From assembly GCF_009914755.1 (NCBI RefSeq), contig NC_060925.1: DNA of 64,000 nucleotides. One strand, given 5' to 3'. The position numbers and the translations under genes are program-made. The notes under the pieces are model-generated. The model did not search any database, had not been told where the DNA came from, and was given only the letters and a program-made list of their open reading frames with translations. Position 1 is the stretch's first letter. Every line of letters starts with the position of its first letter. The stretch comes from the human T2T-CHM13v2.0 reference genome, Homo sapiens. Below, in pieces: positions 40,265 to 57,668 of the stretch.

Positions 40265-43200
40265 GTGAGTAACCGGAGCCTCCCTCGGGAGCAGTGGGGG
40301 CGAGACCCTCCTCTGATCCCCACTTCACCCGCGCTTGGGCCGTCCCCCGTGCCTCGGCGCGGCCACCCGCGGCAGGGTCTCCACCTGGAGCCCGGCGTGA
40401 CCCTCACCCACTGCTCAGCCCTATTCTTCATTCCAACCCCATTTCGCTTGTTTCCCCTCAAGGGTGAGGGTAGGGAACCGTAAGTGGCGCCCTCTCGCTC
40501 GGAGGTGGTCCTCCAGGGGCGGATGGGGTGATGGAGGGCAGAGAAGCAGAATGGGATGGCAGAGTGGGCAGTCAGGATTGCTTTATTTCTACCTCTGCAT
40601 TCTGTGCCCCCACCCGAATGAATGCTTGCTTTACAATAGCAGACGAGCCGGCTACCTCTCACACTCTTGCTTTTCTGGATCTTTCAATCCTTTGCACTCT
40701 CCCCTCCTCCCCCCGCATTGCCCCATGACTTTGCTTTTTGTAACATTGTGTCCACATTTTGGGTCATGGGCACCAAAGCGAGAAGGATGGGAATGGAAGT
40801 GGAGATGTGTGCGTGTTTGTGTATGAGTTTATACTGCTGTGACACTCTTAGTAGGGATGAGTAGAAGAATTTCACGAACAGCATCTATGGCCCTGGGGTT
40901 ACAGCAAAATGTTGAAAAGCCACATGAAGCCAAGGGCTTTTTAATCTCTTCCTTAAGTCAGTGATAATGATGCAGGGCAGGTTTTACTTTAAATATCTCT
41001 CCTCCTTGGAGTGTCACAAGGTGCACATCTTTAAAGGAGGGATTTTCTGTGTCTTTGATCAGATTGCCCTCTGGAGCTGTTATCAAGATGCAGATGTGCC
41101 GGGCTTTTAAACTCTTGAAAAACGAAAAGAACAAGATCCCTTGTATTTCCACCTTCTGAAAAGTACAGTTGTGTGTGTGTGTGCAAGTTCCTTTGTGGGA
41201 AGGTTTTCTTGTTTTTGTTTTTGTTTAAAACACTCAAGACCTGTAAATAGGGCTTGGCTGATTTTCCGACTGATTTTAAGGACCTAGAGGGGTACTAAGT
41301 TTTGGTCAGCTGTCCAGAGCTCTCTGTCTAGTTATCTCATCAGCCGTCCAGCTTTTGATATACCACTGACTTCATGGGGTTGGTAAAATAAAATAACGAA
41401 GCGCTTTGGTGTTCTTAGACAAAAGGCATGAGAGAAAGGATACAAGCTCACTTCTGAGTTGTTGGAGGGGTATAAACAGATGATTTCATCTTAGGAGGGA
41501 AGCACAGAAATTTAATATAACTATACAAAGAGAGAAGAAATTCTACTAAGAGACCATTGTTAGAGGACCTGTGAAGATGTTTCAGAGTATGCTTTTGTCT
41601 TCCCTAGCGCCGTGCATTTAAAATGGGAAAGATAGTGTAAGGCTGCTGCTATCATAAATTAGAACTTCATTTGCATCATAACTATTTTAGAAAATATAAT
41701 TGATACATAATTTTGATTGAGAGATTGAACAAGTTCAGAGAAAAAGATGGATATTTTGGTTTGAGTTGGTTTTAAAGCCGAGTTGGCACAGAATTTTTCT
41801 AACAGGAACATTAAAAAAATGCCTGTCATTCAAGAGTGTGAATGAAAAGTATGACAGATGATAACCTTTGTTTTTATTAGCAAATTACTGTATGTGTTAA
41901 CCCAGGAGGAGTGGAAAAATACATTGTTTTTATTTTCTTTTAGATTTTGAATAGTATAGCTTTTCTCATACTTGTATGAATAAGGTACTTCATAAAGACA
42001 TGAGATATAATTATAGAAATATGCATTAAGGAATAGCACAAAATGCAGCTTCTCATGTAAGAACACACAAAAAAGGATTTTAAAGCTAAGCAATAATAGT
42101 ATGATAAATTTTGTTGTGAGTACCTTCTGAAAATGATTATGCTGTATAAACTGATTTGCTGTTTCTGAACATGTTATTTCAAAGTCACTTTTATGGTCTT
42201 GTGCCTTATTGTGTTGTACATAATGATATCTCCATTTAGCTTACTTTACCCACACCTTATTTTCTCCTAATTGCTGTGGAAAATATCTATTATATGACAC
42301 CTGTCAATTAATAAGTATGCACTCAGCATGTTCATTTTTTAGGTAAAGGGTTGGAAGGGGATATAGAAGTAGTGTTTAAGATAAAGTCTCTCCCTGCAAG
42401 GAGCTTACAGAAGAGATAATAATCCCAAACAAGTAATGTATGGTAGAAGACATTGTGTAAATAGGGCTAAATTGGTTTATAGGTGTTATAGGTGTTTATC
42501 AAAGAGGCCACCACTGATGGCTACGAAATCACCATTGGTGACTCTCTTTATTCTCTAGTTGGTAGTAAATGGCATCATCCATTTTTACTTCTCATCGATG
42601 AAATAAAGTAACAAGCCTGCTTGTTAGCTAATATATTAATGCCAGTATGGCAGCCAAAATGTATTTTTGTTTATAGTCATTTTCAATTACATGACATATT
42701 TTTAAAAATAGTTACAAAACTTTTATATTCATATGACTATTAAAGGGTTCTAAGTCCTTTGGTATATCAAGGACACTAACTAAAAACATTTTATTTTCCT
42801 TAGAAATTAAAATCAACAAATACAGTAATTTAAAACACCATCTTGATATTTCGTTGTCGTTTGCAGTTAATATAAACATTTCTTTGGTCATCCATATAAC
42901 GTATTTGGATTTTGTGTCCTTGGGAATATATAATATCTACCCTTCTCAGTGTCACTAATATATATTCAGGATAAATAAAAATCCCAAAAGAGGAATATTA
43001 TAGCACTGATCTCTTATATACTACTGCTATATATAGTAGAATGAGAAAGAATTGCTTTTCTCTAAGAACAGTCTATGTGTACTTTTTCAGGAGTATTTTC
43101 TTTGATGAAAGATTTGTGTGTGCCTTGTTAATAGGCCTCAACGGGCTAAATACAACAGGACAACCAATGATTAACTTTTAAGGCAATAAACACTTTGTAG

Positions 43201-44125
43201 TAAAGTAAAAAAAATGTGTTGCAGATAATAGAATCTATGCAAAATGTGTTTGATTTTAGATTATAAACAGTAAGTCCAGAAAAAGAGTAAAAAAGATTTC
43301 TCTTTTTTTCTTTTGTTAGATTTTATTTGGATAATTCCACCATGGATATAGATAATATATTATCATTACTCTTACATGTTTTTTAATGAAACAAGAAAAA
43401 AAATTTAGTATTTGGGAAAAACTCCGATTATGCTAATTATTAATGGGTCAAAAATGCTCAGCCTAGCTTTCTGTGATGAAATTTTGATCAGTATGAAGAA
43501 AACTCTTTTGACTACTTCTTGGAATGTTTTAAAATTGAATTCAGTTAGACTAAAAAGCCTTTAATAAAAAAAGACTCGATGTTGAGTCTTGTGACATACT
43601 GAAATTCATGGCGGTGATTATAATGATTACCTATTGTAACTAAGGTTGCCATCAGTAGTTTGTCTTTTGAGAATCATTGTTAATGGCATGAAGAAGCGAG
43701 AGGAAAGCATACCTTTGTCACTATCCTTGGATTTTCTGTGCATCCTTCACATGTCACAGTACCTATCACATAGCATCTAATTGCCTGACTTTGTCTCCCT
43801 TAGTCTGTGTTGCCAGTGCCCAGCACAGTGACTAGTACAGTATATAAGAAATCAGTGCTGTAACACCCCCTTTGAATTTTTTCATTTATCATCAAAATAT
43901 ATTGGTGACATTGGTGAGGGTAGACATTACGTATTACAACCTGAGAGGCTGAATGAAGCCTTCAGAGAGAAAATTTAGTGACCTACCCAAGGTTAATAAT
44001 TCTATCCTTCAAGGTGAATAATGAAAATCTGACACCTTCCACTATTACTGTACTCATGCTGTTACTTCGAGAAAGTGTTTTTTTGTTTTCTTTTGTTTTG
44101 TTTGTGTCTTAAAGAGTTTAGAAGA

Positions 44126-44415
44126 GTGGCTCATGCCTCTAATCCCAGCACTTTGTGGGGCCGGGGTGGGAGGATTGCTTGAATCCAGGAATTCGAGACC
44201 AGCATGGGCAACATGGAGAAACCCTGTCTCCACTAAAAATACAAAAATAAGCTGGGCATGGTGGTGTGTGCCTGTAGTCATTCACAGCTACTAGAGAGGC
44301 TGAGGTGGGAGGGTTGCTTGAGCCGAGGAGATAAAGGCTACAGTGAGCCAAGATCACACCGCTGCACTCCAGCCCGGGTGACAGAGTGTGAACCCTTTTT
44401 TTTAAAAAAAAAAAA
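44126..44415 (+). mobile_element. AluJ
   Basis: ggaggattgcttgaatccaggaattcgagacc; TSD tttagaagag. Confidence 0.92.
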
Positions 44416-45529
44416 TAGATTTTAGAAGAGCATATGAAATGGTATAAGATACTTTATTAGAGGAAGAACAGGGTATGCCGTCCCTATCCCTACTTCTGAA
44501 CCTTTACTGTTTTCTGTGTGGAGTGCCTTGCACTTGTCCCTTCATATCAAATTTACAAATCCTTTATGGCTTGTCTCATTGTTTTAACAAGACTTCTGAA
44601 ATGATTGCAGCTAATATTGTTGTTTGTTGTAGCTGAACAGTGGTGGATGTATATAGTACACATCAGTGGTCTCTAAAGTGGGTGTGCAGGGCAATACATT
44701 GGAAGAAGAAATGTATTTAATGTTTGTCACTTCACTTCTGACCTACATGCTATTATTACGTCTTTTTTTTTTATAAAAATCCAGTTCATATAGAATTAGA
44801 CACATGATTTTAAAGTTATTATTATTGTTATTATTTTTCCTCTTCCATCTCATTGTTTCCTTTGGGTGTCATTTTCTCTTTTCCTGATGAATATCTGTGG
44901 AAGTTCTTTTGGTGCAGGATTGTTAGTGATGAACTTTTTTAGATCTGAAGACATATTTTGCCCTAATTCTTAAACGATAGCTTTGCTTAGTCTGTAACTC
45001 TAGGTTGATAGTTTGATTTCTTTCACCACTCAGAAGGTAGTATTCCATTGTCTATTGATATACATTGTTTCTGTTCAGGAGTCATCTGCTATTTGGTGTG
45101 TGATCCTTTCTGTCTGTCTCTATCTTGTGTGGATTCATATGTCTCATCAGTTATGGGAATGTACCAACCATTATGTCTTTGAATGTTACCTTACCTCTGT
45201 TCTGCATAGTATTTCTGGCACTCTGGTTAGATGTGCGAAAATTTATCATTCTATCCTTCATGTTTAACCTGTCATTTATTTTTTTCCTCCTATTTCACTG
45301 TTTATCTGTACTCCAATCTGTAGTATAACCTATACTATAGTTACCATATATGTTTAGATCTTTCTTCAGCTGTATATAACCCTGTTAACCTATCTGTTGA
45401 ATTTTTTTTCATTGTGGTAAAAAGCACACATCAGATACACCCTTTTAACAAATTTTTAAGTGTGCAGTACAGTATTTTTGGTGGGGAGGGAGTAGATTTT
45501 AGTGGTGGTAAGGTGGCAATTTTATTTTT

Positions 45530-45985
45530 TTATTTTTTCACGTCTTATTTTTTATTTAATTTTATGATATGTATTAGATCTATTAGTGCATATTTTGGGG
45601 GTATATGTGTTAATTTGATACATTCATATAATCAAATTAAGGCAATTGGGATATCTATCACTTTACATATTGATCTTTTCATTATACTAGCAACATTAAA
45701 ATTATTCTAGCTATTTTGAAATGTACAATTGATTAGTTAACTATAGTCACCTCAGTGATCTATTGAACACGAGGTCTTTTTCCTTCTAAGTATATGTTTA
45801 TACTCATTAATCAATCTCTCTTCATCCTCCCCTTCCTACTAACCCTTTCTAGCCTTTGTTAACCACCAATCTACTCTCTATCTTCATGAGATCGCTTTTT
45901 TAACTCCCACATATGAGTGAGAACATATTTGTCTCTCTGTACTTGGCTTATTTCACTTAACATAATGACCTCCAATTTCATCCAT
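45530..45985 (-). mobile_element. L1MA-like 3' fragment nested in the L1MB
   Basis: tattttgggggtatatgtg...actcccacatatgagtgagaacat...ttcacttaacataatgacctcc; the host L1MB resumes at aggcacaatattgtacagc. Confidence 0.7.
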
Positions 45986-47927
45986 AGGCACAATATTGTA
46001 CAGCACATCTCTAGAAATTTTTCATCTTGTGTGACTGAAACAGTGTACATATTGAACAGCAACTCCCTATTTCCCTTTCTTTCCAGACCCTGGCAACCAC
46101 CATTCTTATTTTCTGCTTTGATGAGTTTGACTACTTTAGATACCTCACAAAAATGGGATCATGTAACATTTATCCTCTGTAACTGGCTTATTTCATTTTA
46201 GCACAATGCTCTTAAGGTTCATCCATGTTATAGCATATGACAGGATTTCTGTCTTTTTTATAGCTGAATAATATTCCATTGTATTATGTACCTTGTTTTG
46301 TTTATCTGTTTATCTGCGGGTGGACATTTGGGTTGCTTCTACTTCTTGGCTCTTATAAATAATACCTCAGTAAATATGGGAGTGCAAAGATCTCTTCAAG
46401 ATCCTGATTTTAGTTTTTTGGATAAATACCCAGAAATGGTCGTATGTTAGTTCTATTGTTGGGTCATATGGTAGTTCTACTGGGTCAAATGGTAAGTCTA
46501 TTTTTAATTTTTTGAGGAGACTTCATATTGTTTTTCATAGCAGCTGCAGCATTTTACATTTCCACCAACAGTGCACAAGGGTTGCAATTTCTCTACATCC
46601 TCACCAATGTTTATTTTCTGTTTTTATTTTGTTTTATGGTTTTTAAAATTATAGCTATCCTAACAGTTGTAAAGTAAATATCTTACTGTGGTTTTGATTT
46701 GCATTTCCCAGATGATTTGTGATGTTCACCGTCTTTTTATGTACCTGCTGGCCATTTGTATGTCTTCTTTAGAGAAATGTCTATTCAACTCCTTTGCACA
46801 TTTAAAAATCAAGTTTTTTTAAATCAAGTTTGCATATAGTTTTGCTCATACTGTAGTGTGCTTTTTCACTCTGTTGTTTTCTTTGATGTGCAGAAGCTTT
46901 TTAGTTTGATTTAGTCCTGATTGTCTATTTTTGCTTTTGTTGGCTGTGCTTTTGATATCATATACAAGAAATCTTTGTCAAGACCAATATCATGAAGCCC
47001 TTCTCCTATGTTTTCTTCTAGGGATTTTATAATTCAAGTCTTAAATTTAAATCTTTAATCCCTTTTGAGATAGTTTTTGTGTATGATATAAAATGAGGGT
47101 CCAGTGTCATTCTTTTGCATATATATATCCATTTTCCCAGCACCATTTGTTGAAAAGACTGTCCTTTACCCATTGTGAATTTTTGGCATCCATGTTGAAA
47201 ATCATTTGACTGTGTATGCATGGGTTCATTTCTGAGCTCTCTATTCTGTTCTTAGTGTATATCTCTGTCTTTAAGCTATTACTATACTATTTTGATTACC
47301 ATAGCTTTGTAATATGTTTTGAAGCCAGTAAGTGTGAGGCTTCTAACTTTGTTCTTTCTGAAGATTGTTTAGGCCATTCAGGGTCCTTTGTGGTTCCATA
47401 TGAATTTTATACTTTTTTTTTGTTTCTGTAAAAAATGCCATTAGGTTAGTTCTTTGTTAGTGCATAGAAATGTAACTGACTTTTGTATGTTGATTTTGTA
47501 GCCTGAAACTGTTGAATTTGTTTATTATTTCTAGCAGTTCTTTTTTTGGTATTTGGAATCCTTAGGGTTTTCGGCATATAAGATAATCTCGTCTACAAAC
47601 AGTGATAATTTTGCTTCTTTCTGATTTGGATACCTTTTATTTATTTATTTTTTTCTTGTCTAACTGCTCTGCCTAGGACTTCTAATACTATGTTAAATAG
47701 AAGTGGCAAGAATGGGCATCCTTGTCTTGTTCTTGGTCTTAAAGGGAAACCTTTGTTTTCTACCACTGAGTGTTATTTATATTAGTTGTGGGCTTTTTTT
47801 TTTTTCCCACACAATACATTTTATTTTATAAACTACTGTGTACATTTTATACAATTATGACTATTTTCCATGCCTTAAGTTTCTAACCTTATCATTTGCA
47901 ATGGCTACATTAGAGTGGGTGAACTAG

Positions 47928-48294
<367 letters not shown>

Positions 48295-48483
48295 TGAAGG
48301 TTTTTCCATTTCTTTACTGTAAATAACCTTGATGAGTATCTCCATAGATAAGTCTCTAAGTGTATCTATTGTTATTTTTTTTTTTCAGTTTTTAAGTTCA
48401 GGGGTACATGTACAGGATTTGCACATTTGTTACATAGGTAAACATGTGGCATAGTTTGTTGCACAGATCATCCTATCACCTAG

Positions 48484-50968
<2,485 letters not shown>

Positions 50969-51498
50969 TCATGAAAGGGTACTGAATTGTGTCAGTGCTT
51001 TTTCTGCATCTATTGAGATGATCAGGCAATTTTAATTTTCCTTCTATGAATGTGGTATATATCACATTGATTTTTGTATGTTGTGCCATCCTCGTATCCT
51101 AGGGATAATTGCCTCTTGGGCGTGGTACGTGATCCTTCTAATGTGCCGTTGAAATTGAATTGCTAGGTTTTTTTTTTTCCTGAGAATTTTTATATTGATA
51201 TGCATTAGGGATATTGACTTGTAGTTTTTTTTTCCTGTAGTGACTTTTTCTGGTTTTTTATCATGGTAATGCTGGCTTTATAAAATGAGTTAAGAAGTAT
51301 TCTCTTCTCTTCTTTTTGGGGGAGAGTTTGAAAAGGGTTGGTTTTAATTCTTCTTTAAATGTTTAGTATAATTCACTAGTGAAGCCATCTGGTCTTGGGC
51401 TTATCGTTGTTGGAAGGTTTTTGATTCCTGATTCAATCTCCTTACTAGTTATAGCTTTGTTTAGATGTTCTATTTTTTCATAACTTAGTTTTTGTAGG

Positions 51499-51960
51499 TT
51501 TATTAGGGTTCTCCAGAGAAACAAATCCAATAGGCTGTATATAGATATATGAGAAGATTTATTATGGGAACTGGTCCATGTGATTATGGAGGCCATGAAG
51601 TGTCACAGTATTTCATCTGAAAGTGGGAGAACCAGGAAAACCAGTGATATAATTTAGTCTGTGTCTGAAAGCCCAAGAACCAGTAGCTCTAATGCCTGCA
51701 AGCAGGATAAGATGGATATCCCAGCTGAAGAAGAGAGAAATAAATTTTCCGTTTTTTTTCTTTATATTCCAATCGGGCTCTCTCAATGGATTGAATGATG
51801 CTTGCCCACATTGATGAAGGTATATGCTTTGTTCAGTTGCTGATCAAAATGCTAACCTCTTCTGGAAAAACTCTCTTGGATATACCCCAAAATAATATTT
51901 TGCCAGCTATCTGAGCATTCCTCAGCCCAGTCAAATTGACATATAAAATTAACTATCACG
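51499..51960 (-). mobile_element. ERVL LTR (MLT2B-like) nested in L1
   Basis: tattagggttctccagagaaaca...caaattgacatataaaattaactatcac; TSD gtagg/gtaag. Confidence 0.85.
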
Positions 51961-52330
51961 GTAAGTTATATGTTTCTAGGAATTTATACATTTCTTCTAT
52001 GTTATCTGATTTGTTGGAATATGATTATTCATGGTAGTATCTTATATCGTTTTTATTTCTGTGGCATCAGTTGTATTATTTCCTCTTTCATTTCTGATTT
52101 TATTTGAGTCCTATCTTTTTTTTCTTAGTCAAAGGTTTGTCAAATTTGTTGATCTTTTCAAAAAACCAAGTCTTTTGTTGATTTTTTTCTGTTGTTTTTG
52201 TATTCACTAATTTGTTATTTCTGCTCTAATCTTTTTTATTTCCTTTCTTCTGCTAAATTTTGACTTAGTTTGCTCTTCTTTCTCTAGTCCTTGGGGTGTT
52301 GAGTTAGATTATTTATTTGAAGTCTCTCTC

Positions 52331-52626
52331 TTTTTTTTTTTGTTTGAGATAGAGTCTTGCTCTGTCATCCAGGCTGGAGAGCTGTGGTGCAATCTCAGCT
52401 CACTGCAGCCTCTGCTTCCTCGGTTCAAGTGATTCTCTGCCTCAGCCTCCTGAGTAGCTGGAATTACAGGTGCCTGCCACCATACCTGGCTAATTTTTGT
52501 ATTTTTAGAAGAGACGGGGTTTCACCATGTTGGCCAGGCTGGTCTAAAACTCCCAACCTCAAGTGATCTGCCCACCTTGGCCTCCCAAAGTGCTGGGATG
52601 ACAGGCAAGAGCCACCACACCCAGCC
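52331..52626 (-). mobile_element. AluS nested in L1
   Basis: Dimeric Alu. Confidence 0.93.
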
Positions 52627-53752
52627 TCTTATTCTTTAACGTAGGTGTTTTTTTAATGAAATCACGATAAACTTCCCTCTTAGTACTGCTTTTGCTGCAT
52701 CCCATAAGTTTTGCTGTTGTATTTTTGTTATCTGTCCTGGAGAATGTTCTGTGTGTGCTTGAGAAGAATTTATATTGTGCTGCTATTGGGTGGAATGCTC
52801 TGTATGTCTACGTGTCCGTTAGGTCAATTTGTTCTATAGTGTTCTTCAGGTCCTCTGTTTCCTTGTTGATCTTCTGTCTAGTTATTCTATCATTATCGAA
52901 TGTAGGGTATTGAAATCTTTTATTGTTGTGTCGCCGTCTATTCCTGCCTTCAGTTCTGTCATGTTTGCTTCTGTTCTGATGTTGGGTACATATGTATTTA
53001 TAATTGTTATAGCTTCCTCATGAATTGATGCTTTTATCACTACGTAATATTCTTCTTTGTCTGTTGTGACAGTTTTTGACATAAGGTCTGTTTTATCTGA
53101 TGTAAGTTTGGCTACCTCTGCTCTCTTTTGGTTATTTCATCCTTTAATTTTTAGCCTGTGGGTGTCCTTAAATCTAAAGTGAATCTCTTGTACACAACAT
53201 ATAGTTGGATGTTATATTTTTAATCCATTCAACAATTCTGTCTTTTGATTACAGTGTTTAATCCATCTTCATTTGGTGCAATTAGTGATAGGGAAGGACT
53301 TACTATTGCCATTTTGTTAACTATTTTCCGTCTTGTAGGTTTTTGTCCCTCTTATCCTCTCTTGCTGTATTCCTATGTGTTTCATTGATTTTTTTGTAGT
53401 GACCTCTAGTGTAAGCTGGGTTCTATCAGCATCTAAAACCAGTCCCTCTGGCAGTCCCCTAAAAATCAGAGCATTGGATCCGTGCTCCACTCTTTTTCCC
53501 CATCTGTTGAATTTTTAATTTCATTTATCATATTTTTAATTTCTAAGTTTTAAGATTTTTCTCTTAAGCTTGTCTGCCTTTTTAAGTAGATTCTTGGACT
53601 TTGCTTATTTTATGATTTCATCTTCATTTCCTTGAACATTTAATATATAGTAATTTGCATCCTTGCAATTTAATATATAGTAATTTGTTTCTGGTAATTC
53701 CATTATCTGAAGTCCCTAGGAGGTTAGATTTATTGTTGATATCTGCTAATTC

Positions 53753-53847
53753 TCATTCACTATGGTTGTTTCTTATTGAATTGCTGGTATTTGATGGTGT
53801 CATTCACTATGGTTGTTTCTTATTGAATGTGCTGGTATTTGATGGTG
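53753..53847. repeat. 47/48-bp tandem duplication
   Basis: tcattcactatggttgtttcttattgaat(g)tgctggtatttgatggtg occurs twice. Confidence 0.92.
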
Positions 53848-55632
53848 AACTCCTCTTTGCCTGATTGTTATTTGTGTGAAACTTGGGGGCCTAAATTGAG
53901 GATGCTTCCTTCAGAAAGGGATTGGGTTGCTTCTGCTGGGAACCCCTACTGACGTGGGGCACTTTAGTCTCCTGTAGGGATTCCTGGGAGTTGTAGGTTC
54001 AGCTCTCTCACCCTGTAGTGAGTCCAAGACTTAGTATTTGACTCCAGGGTAACTAAGGCTTTTGTGGTTAACTTTTAGCTGTTGTTTGTTGATTTGTTTT
54101 TTTATGTTTGTTTACTTGTTTTTGTTTTGCCCTTGGAGGTCTCTCTTACTCTCTTATAGTTCAGTAATTCATTTAAAAAATAGATACTATTTTGGAGTAC
54201 CCCTTATGATATCATGCCTACTGCACTGTAGAAATTCTGGAATAAGTTTTTTGTAAATGGGTCTTCAGAAATTTACATACTTATGGGATTTCCATACTTA
54301 TGTTCCATACTTATGTAAATTTCCATACTTATGTTCCTAAACCATGTATCATTTCTGAAATTCTCGTATCTGTATACTTTAAAATGTGCATAATTTTCTG
54401 TTTATAAATCTTTCATTTGAAAATTTACTAGATTTTTGAAATCATTTGTTACAATTGTTAGAATGATTAATTTTCAAGAATGGCTCAGGCAAAGTGGAAA
54501 TCTAACAGAACTTTTGCATAATTGATGAATAGATCGAACTATGAGCATCATAATTAAATAAATGCAAGCAGTTGTCCACTGCTTCCATTTATGTGAGATG
54601 CTCTCATTAGCCATGACAGTCATTGAAATTAAGTAGCAACATAAACTGGACTTATAATCAGTCTTTCAGTTCTTTATCACAAATTGTTAAGCCAACATTT
54701 ACAAAACTCAAGAAACATTCATTTGTATTGTATAACATTAATAATATTTTGCTAATCACTGAAAAGTTTGTACCATTAGAATTCAATATATTTCCAAAAA
54801 TTTTTATACTATACTTTTTAATATGCATAATCTATTTATAAAGTAATTCATATGTAATTTATTAGCATTTCTATGGGAATGCATACTTACACATTTTGAA
54901 GCTAAAAATACCTTGGACTGTAGTTTAGAGGCCATTCTATGCCACAGAGTTTAGCGTTGTTCTCTAATTCTTCTGCGTATAAACTTCTGCTTTCTAGCTA
55001 AATTGAAAATATTTTGAGGCCATGGACCACTTTCAACATTATTTCTGTATATCCTTTATTACCTAGCATAGTGTTTGGCATATTTTTTGGTACTCAACAA
55101 TTTAATAAACCAAGGTCTATTTTATTTATTTATTCTCAAATACAGTGAGTTTATGAACTACCTGAGGAGATTGTTTCAAATTTGCATTTCTTAACTCCTG
55201 CTCCCTCCCAATCTTTGTTCTTGCTCAGTTTTTCTAGGGTGGGGTCTAGGAATTTCTCCAAACCCTTAGGGAATTCTTACACAGATAGGTTTTGGAAAAC
55301 ACTGATTTATGTGATGATGATGATTACATTGTAATTAACCTCATATTATGATGAAAATGAAAAGACAATTATAGTTGATGGCTATATTTTAGAAAGTAGG
55401 ATGGAAAAAATGATAAGTCAATCCTTTTGTAGGTGATGACAACAGTAGAAAATATCAGGGAATTTTCTGTAAGTAGTAAGGTACATGCATGTGGTTGTTA
55501 TAGGTGTGAGATATAAGAAAGGGTTTAAAGAGGAATTTCATGTTCTTCCCTTCCCTTTCCTCAAATTTATGTGGTTAACAATAAAGTGGGAAGGGAGATG
55601 GCAACCGAAAAAGGAGTTTACCATATGGTGCC

Positions 55633-56035
55633 TGCTGTGGTGTGAATGTGCCTCCCAAAAGTTTGTGTGTTGGAAACTTAATACCCAATGCAACAGTGGT
55701 GGGAGATGGGGCCTAATAAGAGATGATTGGGTCATAAGGTCAGAGCCCTCACGAATGGCTTAATGTTTTCTCAGTAGCAGGTTAGTTATCTCGATAGTGG
55801 GTTGTTATAAAGCAAGCCCTGCCCATAGTGCTTTTCTCTTTTGCACACTTGCTTACCCTTCTGCCCTTCTGCCTTTCCACCATGGGATGACGCAGGCTGA
55901 AGGCCGTCACGAGATGCCAGCCCCTTGATATTGGACTTCCCAGCCTACAGAATCATGAGCTAAATAAATTTTTGTTCATTATAAATTACTCAGTCTGCCG
56001 TATTCTGTTATAGCAACGGAAAAGAGATTAAGACA
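55633..56035 (+). mobile_element. MaLR LTR (MSTC/D-like)
   Basis: tgctgtggtgtgaatgtgcctcccaaaag...gattaagaca; perfect 5-bp TSD gtgcc. Confidence 0.88.
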
Positions 56036-56833
56036 GTGCCTTTAGTTTTAGACTGAATCTTTCTCCTGAGAAAGTGTTATTTAATACTGTTTTGACCACT
56101 GTATCAGGTTAGTCCAGGTGGTAAACAAATTAGAAGCTGAGCCACAGTACCAAATTATAGTGAACTACCTGTAAAGTATATGGTGACAGGTTTAACAAGA
56201 CTACCTTTCCTTTTGGGATCAGCAATGCTGCTTTCACAATTTGAAAAGAGGGTTTGCTTTTATTTCCTTTTCTATTCGCTTCATCACAATTGAAGATGAT
56301 AAGGATACAAAGACAAATGAAACCTGTTCCCTGCTCTGGAGTGACTCAGAGCCTGAAGTGGGAGACAGACATAGAGACAAACAAGTATAGTAGAAAGTTG
56401 CAGTTCCTTGTCATCCAGCTGATGAGAACACAGAGTAAAGAAGGAAGGAGAGGCGGGCCAGGTGCTCAAGAAAGCCTTTGAAATGAGGCTTGAAAGATAA
56501 GTACTCCTTCACCAAGTGGCTCTGTGGAAAGTTGAGTTGGTGGGAAGACGAGGGCATTCGGGGTGGAAGGTGCATTTGCACAAAGTCCCTGAGTGTGAAG
56601 TGGAGAAGAGGAGAACATCACCCTGAAGAGGGCAGCATTTAGTGAGAGGGCCTGGCTTGAGATTAGGCAGGGCCTTACATGCCATAGCAAGAACCAGTCC
56701 TGGAGGCCGCAGAAGCTCTTGGAGGATTTAGATGGAGGGTCAACTTGATGAGATCTGTATTAAATATTTTCTGTGTGCCTGCATGCTTTAGAAACACTCT
56801 AGTTTTTAAATTCAGTGGGCTGCTTTCTCATGG

Positions 56834-57134
56834 TTTTTTTTTTTTTTTTTTTTTTTTGAGATAGGTTCTTGCTCAGGCTAGAGTGCAGTAGCGTGATCAC
56901 AGCTCACTGCAGTCTTGGCCTTCCGGGTTCAATCAATCCATCCGCCTCAGCCTCCTGAGTAGCTGGGACTATAGGTGCTCACTGCCATGCCTGGCTAATT
57001 TTTGTATTTTTTCGTAGAAATGGGAGTTTCGACATGTTGCCCAGGCTGGTTTCGAACTCTTGGGCTCAAGCGAGCCACCCTATCTCTGTCTCCCAAATTG
57101 CTGAAATTACAGGCATGAGCCACCACACCCAGCC
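56834..57134 (-). mobile_element. AluJ
   Basis: Long poly-T; J-type diagnostics (gatcacagctcactgcag, gggctcaagcga). Confidence 0.93.
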
Positions 57135-57219
57135 TGAAAGCGCTTTTAATACAGTATTTATATACACTTTATCTGGCATATGAGAGAAAGGTTTGGTAAA
57201 GGGGAGACGCCAGTGCTAG

Positions 57220-57668
57220 TGACAAAGACTCTTGACAAACTTTAATTAGGCTGCTCAGAGTCCTGTTCTCTACTAGGCCTTGACCTTGGCCCTCTATTTC
57301 CTTCCTTCCCTTACTGGGCCTGCACAACTCCGAATTAGCAAAGAATCTTGCTAAGTCAGTTTGGTGAGATATCACCCTTGATATCTGACCACCCCTGAGA
57401 GCTGATTGAGTTCTTCACCCCCCATCTTTGATGTCTGAGTCCTTGGCCTGTCATTTGCAAGAACCACCTTACCCTTGATGTCTTCTTTAGTACTTTTTCA
57501 TCTATTGACCCTCTCACTCTGCTCCTTGCCTGTAAATCCCTAGCCATCTTTGCAATATTCAGAGTTGAGCCTGTCTCTCTTCCCTATGGTAATACCCCTA
57601 TTACAATAGTCTTGAGTAAAGTTTTCCTTATAGTTTTAACAAACATCAGAATAATTTTTTATTTAACA
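57220..57668 (+). mobile_element. ERV1 solo LTR (MER67/MER31-like)
   Basis: tgacaaagactc...tactaggccttgaccttggcc...gctaagtcagttt...tttaaca; 4-bp TSD ctag/ccag. Confidence 0.75.

Larger units (their letters stand above)
38840..40520. promoter_or_regulatory. CpG island / MARK1 promoter
   Basis: Dense CpG and GC content (core about 39400-40400) against an AT-rich, CpG-depleted background. GC-box CCCGCCC near 39520. Confidence 0.9.

Noticed and set aside
39300-40328. 342-aa minus-strand ORF and other long overlapping ORFs in the CpG island
   Set aside because: Non-ATG start and low-complexity Arg/Gly/Pro/Ala content; long stop-free frames are expected at this GC content, and there is no recognisable domain.
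40265-40483. Continuation of the MARK1 frame past the donor (VSNRSLP...)
   Set aside because: It is intronic: a strong GTGAGT donor sits exactly where the known protein diverges.
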